A stretch of DNA of 56,569 bases, from contig DYDG01000001.1 of NCBI GenBank assembly GCA_020717845.1, positions 1-56,569 of the forward strand. The letters are read 5' to 3'. The translations under genes and the position numbers were made by a program. The notes below the pieces were generated by a model that was given only the letters and a program-made list of their open reading frames with translations, had not been told where the DNA came from and did not search any database. This DNA is from Marinifilum sp. (lineage in GTDB: Bacteria; UBA9089; CG2-30-40-21). Positions 10,682-20,258 of the stretch are shown in pieces. How positions within the stretch are numbered: the first letter of the stretch is position 1; every line of letters begins with the position of its first letter.

Positions 10682-13552
10682 TTACAATCCAACCCCACAT
10701 TCCCGCAAAAACCGTCCAGTATATGAATCCTCATTCCTTGCCACATCTTCAGGCGTGCCGACAGCTACTATCTGTCCGCCTTCATCCCCACCCTCTGGGC
10801 CAAGGTCAATGACATAATCAGCGGTTTTGATTACATCTAAGTTATGTTCAATAATAACCACTGTATTGCCAGCATCCCTAAGCCTTAAGAGGACATTCAA
10901 TAGCAGATGAATGTCTGCAAAATGAAGACCAGTGGTTGGCTCATCAAGCAGATAAAGGGTTTTGCCTGTAGAGCGTTTGCTCAATTCTGCAGAGAGCTTC
11001 ATCCTTTGAGCCTCTCCGCCAGAGAGGGTGGTTGCTGATTGTCCAAGCCTAATATATGAAAGACCAACATCCATCAAGGTTTGCAGCTTGCTATGCAGAG
11101 AGGGGATGGCCTTAAAAAAGCCCCACGCCTCTTCCACAGTCATGTCAAGGACAGCGGCAATGCTTTTTCCTTTACACCATACCTCCAATGTTTCCTTGTT
11201 ATACCTTTTCCCTTTGCATACCTCACATGGGACATAGACATCAGGCAAGAAATGCATCTCTATCTTAATGATCCCATCTCCCTGACATGCCTCGCACCTG
11301 CCTCCTTTAACATTAAAGCTAAACCTTCCTGGAGCATACCCCTTCATCTTTGCCTCAGGCAACAATGAGAAGAGCTCTCGAATATGGGTAAATGCTCCGG
11401 TATAGGTAGCAGGATTGGATCTTGGTGTTCTGCCAATAGGCGATTGGTCAATGTTTATCACCTTATCCAGATGCTCCAATCCAGAAACCTTTTCATATTT
11501 GCCTGGCTGAGTATGGCTGTTATATAATTTTTGCATCAAAAGCGGATAAAGGATCTCTCCAACAAGACTGCTCTTGCCAGAGCCTGACACCCCGGTAACA
11601 CAGACGAATAACCCCAAAGGGATCTGGACAGTAATGTTTTTCAGATTATGATGACATGCCCCGGTTATTTCCAAAAACTTCTTACTGCGACATCGTTTAG
11701 CAGGAACAGGAATAACCAGATCACCTCGAAGGTATTTACCAGTAGGAGAGTCCTTGCTGGCTATGATATCCTCAAGGCTTCCCTGAGCCACAATCTTACC
11801 GCCTGCTTCCCCTGCTCCTGGACCAAGGTCAACAATAAAATCTGCCTGCCTGATAGTTGCCTCATCATGCTCTACCACAATAAGGGTATTGCCTATGTCC
11901 CTCAGCTGACACATAGTATTGAGCAGCCTTTGATTATCCCTCTGGTGAAGACCAATACTGGGTTCATCAAGCACATACAAAACCCCAACCAGACCAGAGC
12001 CTATCTGGGTTGACAGTTGAATCCTTTGTGCCTCTCCACCAGAAAGGGTTTTGGTCATCCGATTAAGGGCAAGATAATTCAAGCCAACATTACTCAAGAA
12101 GCCAAGCCTCTCCTGTATTTCCTTCAATATCTTTGCCGCTACAAATCTTTCAAACTCGGTCAAAACAATATTCTCAAAAAAACCCCTTAAGTCCTTGATA
12201 GACATCTCGGTTATCTGACTGATAGACTTCTTGCCTACAGTCACAGAAAGAGCCTCTTTTTTCAACCTTGCCCCATGACAAACAGGACAGGTTCGAACAG
12301 TCATATACCCAGCCATCTCCTCCCGAATCCTTTCTGATTCTGTCTCCTTATGTCTTCGGTCAAGGGTTGGAATCACACCCTCATAACCACCATAAAACCT
12401 TTCCCCATACCTTGTCTGGCAATAATGCCCATCCTTTGAGCCATAAAGAATAAGTCCTTGCTGCTCCTTTGTAAAGTTCCCAAAAGGAACATCCAGCCGA
12501 AACCCTTCCTGTCTGGCTACCCGCTCTATCTGATAGAGCCAGGAAGAGGAAAAGCCCAGGGGAACAATTGCCCCTTCGTAAATGGTTTTTGATTTGTCCG
12601 GCACAATCAAATCAGGATCAATCTCTATCTTAGAGCCAAGCCCTGTGCAGTCTGGACATGCCCCATAAGGGCTGTTAAAGGAAAACATCCTTGGTGACAA
12701 TTCCTCATAGCTAATCCCGCAATCCACACAGGCCAATTGTTCAGAAAAAAGTTTTTCCTCCCCTTCATCAATAACTACCATAACTATTCCCTTAGCAAGA
12801 GCAGAAGCAGTCTCTATGGAATCAGCCAGCCTGCTCCTTGTCTCAGGCTTAAGGATAAGCCTGTCCACAACTATCTCGATACAATGCTTCTTGTTTTTTT
12901 CCAGAGCCAGGAGTGACCCTTCCGAGACCTCTTCAGACAGGTCATATATTTTTCCATCCACTCGAACCCTGACATAACCATTCTTTTTGGCTGAAGCAAA
13001 AACCTGTTGATGCTCTCCCTTTCTCCCTCGAACAACCGGAGCAAGAATCTGAAGTTTTTTGTCCGCTTTTCCTTGTTCGCCCCTTTCATCTGCTTTCAAA
13101 GATTTTTCGTCTAATTCCAACCACAGAGACATGACCTGCTCCACGATCTCGTCCACGCTTTGCCTGCAAATCAGCTTACCGCAATTATAACAATGAGGAC
13201 TACCTATTCTGGCATAAAGAAGACGAAGATAGTCATATATCTCTGTTACCGTTCCTACTGTTGATCGGGGATTTTTTGCAGCTGTTCTTTGTTCGATAGC
13301 AATGGCTGGCGAAAGCCCGCTGATATAATCCACATCAGGCTTTTCCATTTGCTCTAAGAATTGTCGGGCATAAGCAGAGAGGGACTCAACATACCTTCGT
13401 TGTCCCTCAGCATAGATGGTATCAAAGGCAAGAGAAGATTTTCCAGAACCAGAAAGCCCTGTGATTACCACAAGCTTGTTCCTTGGAATCTCCAGGTCTA
13501 TGTTTTTCAGATTGTGCGTTCGAGCACCCTTGATAATAATTTTTTCATCCAA
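10682..13552 (-). CDS. uvrA: Excinuclease ABC subunit A
   Basis: 956 aa with two ABC ATPase modules ([26 protein letters not shown] twice) and zinc-finger cysteines. Confidence 0.97.
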   Translation of the reverse strand: MDEKIIIKGARTHNLKNIDLEIPRNKLVVITGLSGSGKSSLAFDTIYAEGQRRYVESLSAYARQFLEQMEKPDVDYISGLSPAIAIEQRTAAKNPRSTVGTVTEIYDYLRLLYARIGSPHCYNCGKLICRQSVDEIVEQVMSLWLELDEKSLKADERGEQGKADKKLQILAPVVRGRKGEHQQVFASAKKNGYVRVRVDGKIYDLSEEVSEGSLLALEKNKKHCIEIVVDRLILKPETRSRLADSIETASALAKGIVMVVIDEGEEKLFSEQLACVDCGISYEELSPRMFSFNSPYGACPDCTGLGSKIEIDPDLIVPDKSKTIYEGAIVPLGFSSSWLYQIERVARQEGFRLDVPFGNFTKEQQGLILYGSKDGHYCQTRYGERFYGGYEGVIPTLDRRHKETESERIREEMAGYMTVRTCPVCHGARLKKEALSVTVGKKSISQITEMSIKDLRGFFENIVLTEFERFVAAKILKEIQERLGFLSNVGLNYLALNRMTKTLSGGEAQRIQLSTQIGSGLVGVLYVLDEPSIGLHQRDNQRLLNTMCQLRDIGNTLIVVEHDEATIRQADFIVDLGPGAGEAGGKIVAQGSLEDIIASKDSPTGKYLRGDLVIPVPAKRCRSKKFLEITGACHHNLKNITVQIPLGLFVCVTGVSGSGKSSLVGEILYPLLMQKLYNSHTQPGKYEKVSGLEHLDKVINIDQSPIGRTPRSNPATYTGAFTHIRELFSLLPEAKMKGYAPGRFSFNVKGGRCEACQGDGIIKIEMHFLPDVYVPCEVCKGKRYNKETLEVWCKGKSIAAVLDMTVEEAWGFFKAIPSLHSKLQTLMDVGLSYIRLGQSATTLSGGEAQRMKLSAELSKRSTGKTLYLLDEPTTGLHFADIHLLLNVLLRLRDAGNTVVIIEHNLDVIKTADYVIDLGPEGGDEGGQIVAVGTPEDVARNEDSYTGRFLRECGVGL

Positions 13553-13685
13553 GATAACACCCTACCTGATCACTGCTGCACCATAATATTTGAATTCACA
13601 GGCCAACCTCACAGGCAGCCTCTTTGTCCCTCAGCAATTCTCATTACGACAGGCTTGCACAAGAAAGAAAAAATGGGAACGAAAT

Positions 13686-13928
13686 TCCCCTCTTGAGAGG
13701 GGGCAGGGGTGTGTTCTTTAACCCACAGCCCTCTCATTCCCACACCACTCTTCTGTCCTCGTGTTGTTCCCTCGTCCCCGACTCACTCTCAGACATTCCC
13801 CTACTGTTCACTGGCTGATTATTTCTCTGACAAGCTCTTTTAGTTTCGAAGCACAGTAAGTTTTTATTGCGACACTTCATCCTATCCTCTCAAGAGGATA
13901 ACACACCCCTGCCCCTCTCAAGAGGGGA
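13686..13928. repeat. Nested palindromic element with ~29-bp near-perfect terminal inverted repeats (CCCCTCTTGAGAGGGG word family)
   Basis: Left arm 13686-13715 is TCCCCTCTTGAGAGGGGGCAGGGGTGTGTT. Right arm 13900-13928 is its reverse complement minus one G. An extra half-unit lies at 13882-13898. It lies in the parB-uvrA spacer. Confidence 0.8.
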
Positions 13929-13974
13929 TTGCCAGCAATTCTCCCTTTTCTCCAGTTCGCAAAATCTTGCGCCC

Positions 13975-14826
13975 CTACTGCACCCTTTCCAGAATCCTAT
14001 CCAGATCCTCTTGCGAATAAAACTCTATCTCAATCTTTCCTGCACCCTTTGCTGTTCGACTAATCCTAACCTTTGTGCCAAGAGATTGCATCAGTTTTTC
14101 TATACAAGATTCCATAGCAATATCTATGGCTGGCTTCTCTTCTTTTGTCTGCAATGTTTCACGTGAAACATTCTCTTTCATTTTTTTGACAAGAGCCTCT
14201 GTCTCTCTCACCGAGATACCGTTCTTGACAATCTTCCCGCAGACCTCTTTCTGCTCTGTCTCGCTATCCAGGGACAGAATTGCTCGAGCATGTCCCATGG
14301 AGATTGCCCCCTTGGTCACTTCTTCCTGGATGGACTTGGGCAGCTTTAATAATCGCAGGCTGTTGGCGATAGAGCTTCTATCCTTTCCAACCTTTCTCGA
14401 CAAGTCCTCCTGGGTCAGACGAAACTCTCGAATCAATTGTTGAAACGCCTCTGCCTCTTCCATGGGATTAAGGTCTTGCCTCTGGATGTTTTCGATCAAA
14501 CCAATCTCTAAGGCATCCTCGTTTGACACATCCCTCACGATGGCAGGAACCCTTTCTAAGCCAGCCTCATGGGCAGCACGAAGTCTCCTTTCGCCAGCAA
14601 TCAATTCGTATCCATCCCTGTGAGAACGAACAATTATCGGCTGAATAACACCCTTCTCCATGATTGACTCTACCAGCTCTCTTTGCTTCTCTGGATCAAA
14701 GTATCGTCGCGGCTGATATTCTCCAGGAACAATCTCTGTAATCTTGATCTCTCTGACCATCTCCCCGTTTGCCCTTGCCTCTGGGATTAAAGCATCCAAA
14801 CCCTTTCCTAAAGCTATTCTCTGCAT
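13975..14826 (-). CDS. parB: Chromosome partitioning protein ParB/Spo0J
   Basis: LGKGLDALI, the GERRLRAA CTP-binding motif and an HTH (DLSRKVGKDRSSIANSLRLLKL). ATG 14826 is preferred; the ORF extension to 14931 reads through repeat DNA. Confidence 0.93.
   Translation of the reverse strand: MQRIALGKGLDALIPEARANGEMVREIKITEIVPGEYQPRRYFDPEKQRELVESIMEKGVIQPIIVRSHRDGYELIAGERRLRAAHEAGLERVPAIVRDVSNEDALEIGLIENIQRQDLNPMEEAEAFQQLIREFRLTQEDLSRKVGKDRSSIANSLRLLKLPKSIQEEVTKGAISMGHARAILSLDSETEQKEVCGKIVKNGISVRETEALVKKMKENVSRETLQTKEEKPAIDIAMESCIEKLMQSLGTKVRISRTAKGAGKIEIEFYSQEDLDRILERVQ
14155..14170. promoter_or_regulatory. parS: parS centromere site, a perfect TGTTTCACGTGAAACA palindrome
   Basis: Exact 16-bp consensus read directly, inside the parB coding sequence. 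Confidence 0.85.
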
Positions 14827-14864
14827 CCTCTCTTCACTCCTTTGTTGATAATTTTTTATCGTTT

Positions 14865-14929
14865 CGACTTTGCTCAACGACCGCATTCGGTCCCTGAGCA
14901 CTGTCGAAGGGCGACTTTGCTCAACGACC
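14865..14929. repeat. Direct repeat CGACTTTGCTCAACGACC x2, 47-bp period
   Basis: Perfect 18-mers at 14865-14882 and 14912-14929. GCTCAACGACC also occurs in inverted orientation at 10518-10528. Confidence 0.8.
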
Positions 14930-14956
14930 ACACTTCGACAGGCTCAGTGACCGGAA

Positions 14957-14982
14957 TAGAGACGCAAATTTTTGCGTCTCTA
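14957..14982. repeat. Hairpin TAGAGACGCAA-ATTTT-TGCGTCTCTA, with a second copy at 29357-29382
   Basis: Perfect 11-bp stem. The flanks GGAA...CAAT are also shared with the 29353-29386 copy. It sits 9 nt past the stop of the 14991-17093 gene. Confidence 0.8.
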
Positions 14983-14990
14983 CAATGTCC

Positions 14991-17093
14991 TCACGCCTTC
15001 TGGTAAAACCAATAGTATGCTGAAAAACATACATAATAATGTTTCAGCTCCCGATGTAGGGGAAGGCTTATCCTTGTCTGCCTCGAGGTTATCTTGTTTC
15101 CAGGAATTTCATACACTGCCTCTGTCCAGGCATTGTCTGCATTCTCATGTGTCCATACATTCAGGAACTCCCCATTCACCCAGACCTCTATGGGTGTATA
15201 GGTTGATGTCCTCTTGACCATCTTTAGCCCTTTCCCAGGAATAGTCCGAACCACCATGCTCTCTCCACCAGTAATCTGCCTTCCTGCATCGACCACTACT
15301 GCTGACGGATTGTTCTGGTAAGGATACATGCAAGCCTCATCCTGATAGATCAAGCCATAAAACATCCCTGCCTGTGTTTCCCAGAATTTGTAGTGATGAG
15401 CCTTTTCGTTTTCAATATCCCCAACATCAACATAGTCAACCAATCTATACCCCTCTAACTCATTGTTAACAGCATAAACCTTATCCCCTTTGCGGGCAAG
15501 GCTCCAGTCAACCTTATAAACGGTCATGGGCGAAGGGCTGCCGGCAATGGTTGAGTCAATAAGCTTGAACTGACAGATTTCTTCTTTTAACATGCCTATC
15601 TTGTCAAAACTAAACCAGCTTGGATAGATGATAAAATAGTCGGGATATTTTTTTTGGTCAAGTGATTCCAGAAATTCAAAGATGCTTCCAGCCCCATTGA
15701 CCCATGCCCAGCCAGCCTTGTTTGTTCCAAGACCAAGGAGGTCGATTACATATCTATCCCCCAGATACTTTACTGCCCCAAGATCATTAACCGCAACCAC
15801 TGCATCACTGGGAATGTTTTTTCCTATCCATTCCCCAAGAGCCATTTGTTGGTTGTAGATGTCTTTGCAATTTTTTCCATAGGCTACAGAAAAATACAGG
15901 GTATTCAATATGCCAAATAATAGGAAAAAAGAGGCTATGAAAACAAAGCCAACCCTTGTCTTTTTTTCCCCTTTTCCCTCTTTTTCGTCCAATGGCTGAC
16001 AAATCAGCCGGACAAAAAGAGAAAGCCCGCTAACCATAAAGATCAAAAACAAAGGATAAAACGGAATAAGATACCGATGCCAGTGCCATTTAACCGGAAG
16101 GGAAACACAAAGGGAACAAAAGCCTGTCATCAGCAAGCAAATGGTCAATGTCCCAATCCCCAGAGCCTTTTCTCGTATCTCTTTTGTTATAAAATATAAC
16201 ACCCCAATGACTGCAAAAAATAATGAGAATGGGGCAAAATAAATTGACTCCTGTTCTTCATTGGCATACATAGCCGGGATATACTTGCCCTCACACCCAA
16301 AGAATATATCCTTCATGACATAGAAAAAATACTTGCCTGCTGTCGCCGCTATATCCAGCATGTTTCCATTTGGTCTGGAAAGAGGGGACTTGGCAACCAT
16401 GGTGTTAAATGTCAGGCTTCCTGTAAAGGCATAGTTCATGATGACAAAGATCATTCCAAACCCTACAGGTATGAGAAAATAATAGTTTCGTTCCTTACGC
16501 AAAAAGAAGATAAAGCCAAAAAGCACACCAGAAAGGATCAATCCCTCTGGCCTGGTCAAAGCCATAATGCTGGCAAAAACTATGGTCCAGAGATATTTTT
16601 TCTTTTCTGCCTCAAGAAGAAAGGCATATAGGACAGCCAGAATAATACACATAAAAAAGCCTGTCTCCATCCCGCAAAAGAAACTCCAGAGGATTTGACC
16701 ATTAAACAAAAAAAGTAATCCTAAGATAATGCCTGTTGTCTCATTGAATAACCTTCTGCCAATATTGAAGATCAGCAGCGAGGAAACAATCAAAGAGACC
16801 AGCCCCAGTCCAAGCGAATAGGCAAGGATGCCTGTCTTGCCCAGGCCAGCCAAAAACCCAAGGCTCAAAATAAAGGGGTACAACAGACTGGTTGCCCCAG
16901 TAGTTGGACTATCCCCAGTATTGTATTGAAAGGCAGCCCCTTGACAGATTTGCTTGGCATACTGAAAAAAGATAAAGGTGTCATCCAGTGGCGGGGCAAG
17001 ATGGCCGTCTGTATAAAAAAACATTGACCTTAAAAAAACGGCTCCAAGAAGGATCGCTATGGTGCTGAATAATATTGTGTATCGTGTTTGCAT
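14991..17093 (-). CDS. Large polytopic membrane protein. The N-terminal ~500 aa look GT-C (ArnT/PMT-style) and a ~170-aa beta-rich domain follows. Paralog of 17157-19307
   Basis: At least 12 hydrophobic segments. The first loop is YTDGHLAPPLDDTFIFFQYAK with an acidic DD pair. TRPEG motif present; the C-terminus ends YYWFYQKA. ATG 17093 has GAGGAG 5 nt upstream; the ORF track opens at GTG 17132. Confidence 0.6.
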   Translation of the reverse strand: MQTRYTILFSTIAILLGAVFLRSMFFYTDGHLAPPLDDTFIFFQYAKQICQGAAFQYNTGDSPTTGATSLLYPFILSLGFLAGLGKTGILAYSLGLGLVSLIVSSLLIFNIGRRLFNETTGIILGLLFLFNGQILWSFFCGMETGFFMCIILAVLYAFLLEAEKKKYLWTIVFASIMALTRPEGLILSGVLFGFIFFLRKERNYYFLIPVGFGMIFVIMNYAFTGSLTFNTMVAKSPLSRPNGNMLDIAATAGKYFFYVMKDIFFGCEGKYIPAMYANEEQESIYFAPFSLFFAVIGVLYFITKEIREKALGIGTLTICLLMTGFCSLCVSLPVKWHWHRYLIPFYPLFLIFMVSGLSLFVRLICQPLDEKEGKGEKKTRVGFVFIASFFLLFGILNTLYFSVAYGKNCKDIYNQQMALGEWIGKNIPSDAVVAVNDLGAVKYLGDRYVIDLLGLGTNKAGWAWVNGAGSIFEFLESLDQKKYPDYFIIYPSWFSFDKIGMLKEEICQFKLIDSTIAGSPSPMTVYKVDWSLARKGDKVYAVNNELEGYRLVDYVDVGDIENEKAHHYKFWETQAGMFYGLIYQDEACMYPYQNNPSAVVVDAGRQITGGESMVVRTIPGKGLKMVKRTSTYTPIEVWVNGEFLNVWTHENADNAWTEAVYEIPGNKITSRQTRISLPLHRELKHYYVCFSAYYWFYQKA

Positions 17094-17128
17094 AATTCTC
17101 CTCAATCTCATGATTGAATAATTCAATA

Positions 17129-17150
17129 GCACAGACAGAAATGTCTGTGC
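17129..17150. repeat. Hairpin GCACAGACA-GAAA-TGTCTGTGC (ACAGAC/GTCTGT family)
   Basis: Perfect 9-bp stem between the two paralogous membrane-protein genes. Confidence 0.75.
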
Positions 17151-17156
17151 TACTAA

Positions 17157-19307
17157 TTACCTCTGATAAAACCAATAGTGTGCTGGAAAGTATTCTGCCT
17201 TATCCATGGTCAGAATATTTATCCTTGTTCGTTCCATAGTCACCCATTCAGCAGGAATATCCAGGACAGCCTCTGTCCAAACGTTGTCGTTCCCTCTGTC
17301 TTCCTTCCATGCCTTTTTGTGTTTGTTATTAACCATTACCTGGATATTAAACTTGCCCTTGTGTCTGACAATCATCTTCATGTTTGTTGACGGCCTTGTT
17401 TTTATGACCATCTCTTCCCCTCCAGAAAGAACCCTGCCGCCGTCAGCAACAACCTTTTCCTGATCAGATTCTTTTAGAAATGGAAGTTTCAAGGCATAGC
17501 TAATTGCCCCTGGTTTATGCTCTGTCTCCCAAAATCTGTAATTATGAGTTTTTTCGTCTACAAGATCAGCTACATCAAGGCTGTCTATCAATAGCCAGCC
17601 ATCCAGCTCATTTAATACAGATACGCAGGAATCCCCTTTGTGAAGCCATGCCTTTTCTGCCTCATAAACAACTAAGGGTGAAATCTGTTCAATGCTTACC
17701 ATCTTAGAGGAATAGACCCTTTTGCCAAGCAAACCAGATTGCTCAAGCCCAAGCTCATTCTCTGGCAGAATAAAAAATTGGGGATAAACATCCCTTGACT
17801 CTAAGGCTTCAAAGATGCTTCCTGCCCCATGCCTAAAGGACGCAGCCAGCCCATTACTGCCTATTCCTGAAATATCAACAAACCTTCTCTCGCCAAAATA
17901 TGCCAGAGGACTCATCCCTTTAGTTGCAATAACAGCATCTGGAGGAAACTTTTCGTTTATCATCTTTCCCATAGTAATCTCATGGTAATAGGTGTTATAG
18001 CAGCTTTTGCCATAAATGACGCTAAAACAAACCGTGCTGCATAAGGAAAAGAGCAAAAAGAAACAGGAGAATCCATAGAATATCTCCTTATTAGAAGAAG
18101 CCGTGGTTTTGGGAATTAAGGCAGCAATCGCCTGGGAAAACTGGTATGTTCCAATAGCTACCAGAATGATAAAAATCGGATAATACGGAATTACAGCTAT
18201 GTTCCACAAGGTGTGTGCTGGATACAAAAAGGATGAAAGCAATATCCCGCCAAAAAACCAGAGAAAGGTCAATGATACTGTGCCCAAATGTTTTGAGATT
18301 GCTTCCTTAGCAGCCAGGGATAATCCTATTAATCCAAAGAAAAGGGCAAAGGGTGGAAAATAAACAGAGGTCTGCCCTTGATCAGGGTTGTTAATATTAA
18401 AGAACTCTCCACTAAATCCAGAGAATATGTCCTTTGAGAGGAAGAAAAAATACCTGCATGCCTGACCTATTATTTCAGGAAGAGGTGTGTTTGCCTGAAA
18501 AAGAATGGATTCTGAATGAATGGTGTTTGGCAGGAAGTTTCCTGTAAACAGAAAGTTCAGACACAAATGAAATCCCCCGATTGCAGCTGGGATAATAGCC
18601 ATGATACCCTTTGAAAAATCTATCTGCTTAAAAGCAATCAGGTTAATAAAAAAAACCATTGTCAATAGCCAGACCAAAACAATCCCTTCAAATCGGACAA
18701 GAGCCAACAATGAGGCAAAAATCATCACACCAATGTATTTGTTGGTGTTTATTGCCCTAAGGAAACAATAGATTGTCAGCAAGATAAGTGTTGAAAACAA
18801 AAGAACTTCTGTGCCGCCAAGGTATGTCCACAGGATTGGTCCATTCAACAGAAAAAGAAAGGCTGCCAGCAGCCCTGTTTCTTTATTGGCAACCTGCTGC
18901 CCTATCAGAAAAAGAAGCCCCGCAGAAAGCAAAAGGAGCAATAGCCCTGAGAAAAAAGCATAAACGATTATTCCTGCACCCTTTATCCCCAGCACAAAGG
19001 CTGGCATCAAAAGCAGGGAATACAACAGCCCGCCAGCACCTGTGCTGGATGTATCACCTGATGAGTATCTAAAAAACTCACCTGCAGCTAATTGTTTGGC
19101 ATATTGAAACTGATAAAATGCCTTAGATGCTGGCAAAGAAAGATGCCCATCTGTATAAAAAAGCATGGCAACCAAATAGAGAAACGACACCAGCATCCCT
19201 GCCCCAAGGATAATCCATGTTTCTTTACTTATCTTTATCTGCGGAATAGCACCCCCAGCAGAGACTGCCTGCGATCCTTCAACCTTTTTTTTCTTTACCT
19301 TTCCCAC
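17157..19307 (-). CDS. Large polytopic membrane protein, GT-C-like paralog lacking the loop-1 acidic pair
   Basis: 716 aa, collinear with 14991-17093 (FYTDGHL...FQYAKQ, SGD.S.TGA..LLY, same C-terminal domain ending HYWFYQR). The GTG start is 1 nt after the parA stop, with GGGGAGG 7 nt upstream. Confidence 0.6.
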   Translation of the reverse strand: MGKVKKKKVEGSQAVSAGGAIPQIKISKETWIILGAGMLVSFLYLVAMLFYTDGHLSLPASKAFYQFQYAKQLAAGEFFRYSSGDTSSTGAGGLLYSLLLMPAFVLGIKGAGIIVYAFFSGLLLLLLSAGLLFLIGQQVANKETGLLAAFLFLLNGPILWTYLGGTEVLLFSTLILLTIYCFLRAINTNKYIGVMIFASLLALVRFEGIVLVWLLTMVFFINLIAFKQIDFSKGIMAIIPAAIGGFHLCLNFLFTGNFLPNTIHSESILFQANTPLPEIIGQACRYFFFLSKDIFSGFSGEFFNINNPDQGQTSVYFPPFALFFGLIGLSLAAKEAISKHLGTVSLTFLWFFGGILLSSFLYPAHTLWNIAVIPYYPIFIILVAIGTYQFSQAIAALIPKTTASSNKEIFYGFSCFFLLFSLCSTVCFSVIYGKSCYNTYYHEITMGKMINEKFPPDAVIATKGMSPLAYFGERRFVDISGIGSNGLAASFRHGAGSIFEALESRDVYPQFFILPENELGLEQSGLLGKRVYSSKMVSIEQISPLVVYEAEKAWLHKGDSCVSVLNELDGWLLIDSLDVADLVDEKTHNYRFWETEHKPGAISYALKLPFLKESDQEKVVADGGRVLSGGEEMVIKTRPSTNMKMIVRHKGKFNIQVMVNNKHKKAWKEDRGNDNVWTEAVLDIPAEWVTMERTRINILTMDKAEYFPAHYWFYQR

Positions 19308-19308
19308 T

Positions 19309-20079
19309 CTATGCCTCCCCTTGTTTTGTTAAAAACTCTCTGGCAAAGGTCATGTAGCTCTCTGCCCCCTTAGAACCAATATCATAAAGAACAATCGGCT
19401 TCCCAAAGCTTGGCGCCTCAGAAAGACGAACATTGTTTGGAATAAGCGTCTTATATGCTTTATCAGCAAAACAGGTAGTGATTTCTTTAACCACCTGCTG
19501 AGCCAGGTTTGTTCTCGGGTCATACATGGTCAAAAGAATACCCTCTGTCTTTAGTGAAGGATTCAGCTTCCCATGAACCAGGGTAATAGTGCTAAGGAGC
19601 TGGCTTAATCCTTCAAGGGCATAATATTCACATTGAATGGGTATCAAAACCGTATCTGCTGCAACCATACTGTTTAGCGTAAGCAAGCCAAGCGATGGCG
19701 GGGTATCAATGAAAATAAAATCATAGTCATCCTTTACCCCAGAAAGAGCCTTTTTAAGCATAAACTCCCTTTCTTCTAAAGGGACAAGCTCTATCTCTGC
19801 CCCAGTAAGAACAACATTAGAAGGAACAATGAACAACTGCGGAATCTCTGTCTTGCAGATAGCCTCTTCAATCGTAGCATTTCCGACTAATACATTATAC
19901 ATATTGGGATTAGACTTGTGCTTATCAATCCCAAGCCCGCTGGAACTGTTTCCCTGTGGGTCCATGTCCACCAACAACACCTTTTTCCCGACCATCCCCA
20001 GACAGGCAGAGAGGTTAATGGTCGTAGTGGTTTTTCCTACGCCACCCTTTTGGTTTGCAACTACGATTGTTTTACCCAT
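19309..20079 (-). CDS. parA: Chromosome partitioning ATPase ParA/Soj
   Basis: 256 aa with the deviant Walker A NQKGGVGKTTT and collinear Soj similarity. Confidence 0.95.
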   Translation of the reverse strand: MGKTIVVANQKGGVGKTTTTINLSACLGMVGKKVLLVDMDPQGNSSSGLGIDKHKSNPNMYNVLVGNATIEEAICKTEIPQLFIVPSNVVLTGAEIELVPLEEREFMLKKALSGVKDDYDFIFIDTPPSLGLLTLNSMVAADTVLIPIQCEYYALEGLSQLLSTITLVHGKLNPSLKTEGILLTMYDPRTNLAQQVVKEITTCFADKAYKTLIPNNVRLSEAPSFGKPIVLYDIGSKGAESYMTFAREFLTKQGEA

Positions 20080-20131
20080 GTTTTTATCCTCGCTTTACTC
20101 TATATGAATGGCTACAAAACTCATCAATAAC

Positions 20132-20258
20132 GTAACCGTTCAGGGTGTAATGAAGGGAAACATGGAAAAAGGGGAAGTAAATCATTAATATTCTATTTCT
20201 TCCTTTTCCATTTTCCCATACTTTCCCCTTTTTCCTTCATTACACCCTGAACGGTTAC
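20132..20258. repeat. 127-bp palindromic element with perfect 25-bp terminal inverted repeats (copy A)
   Basis: GTAACCGTTCAGGGTGTAATGAAGG at 20132-20156 and its exact reverse complement at 20234-20258. The core is GGAAAA/GGGGAA-rich. The right arm overlaps the rsmG stop codon. Confidence 0.9.

Noticed and set aside
13553-13685. A LexA/SOS operator upstream of uvrA
   Set aside because: Neither CTGT-N8-ACAG nor CGAAC-N4-GTTCG is present in the 130 bp upstream of the start.
13730-13882. A 50-codon - strand ORF (MKCRNKNLLCFETKRACQ...) inside the 13686-13928 palindromic element, with a GAGAGGA RBS-like sequence
   Set aside because: The apparent RBS is part of the repeat arm. There is no conservation evidence and the composition is unremarkable, so it is treated as non-coding core.
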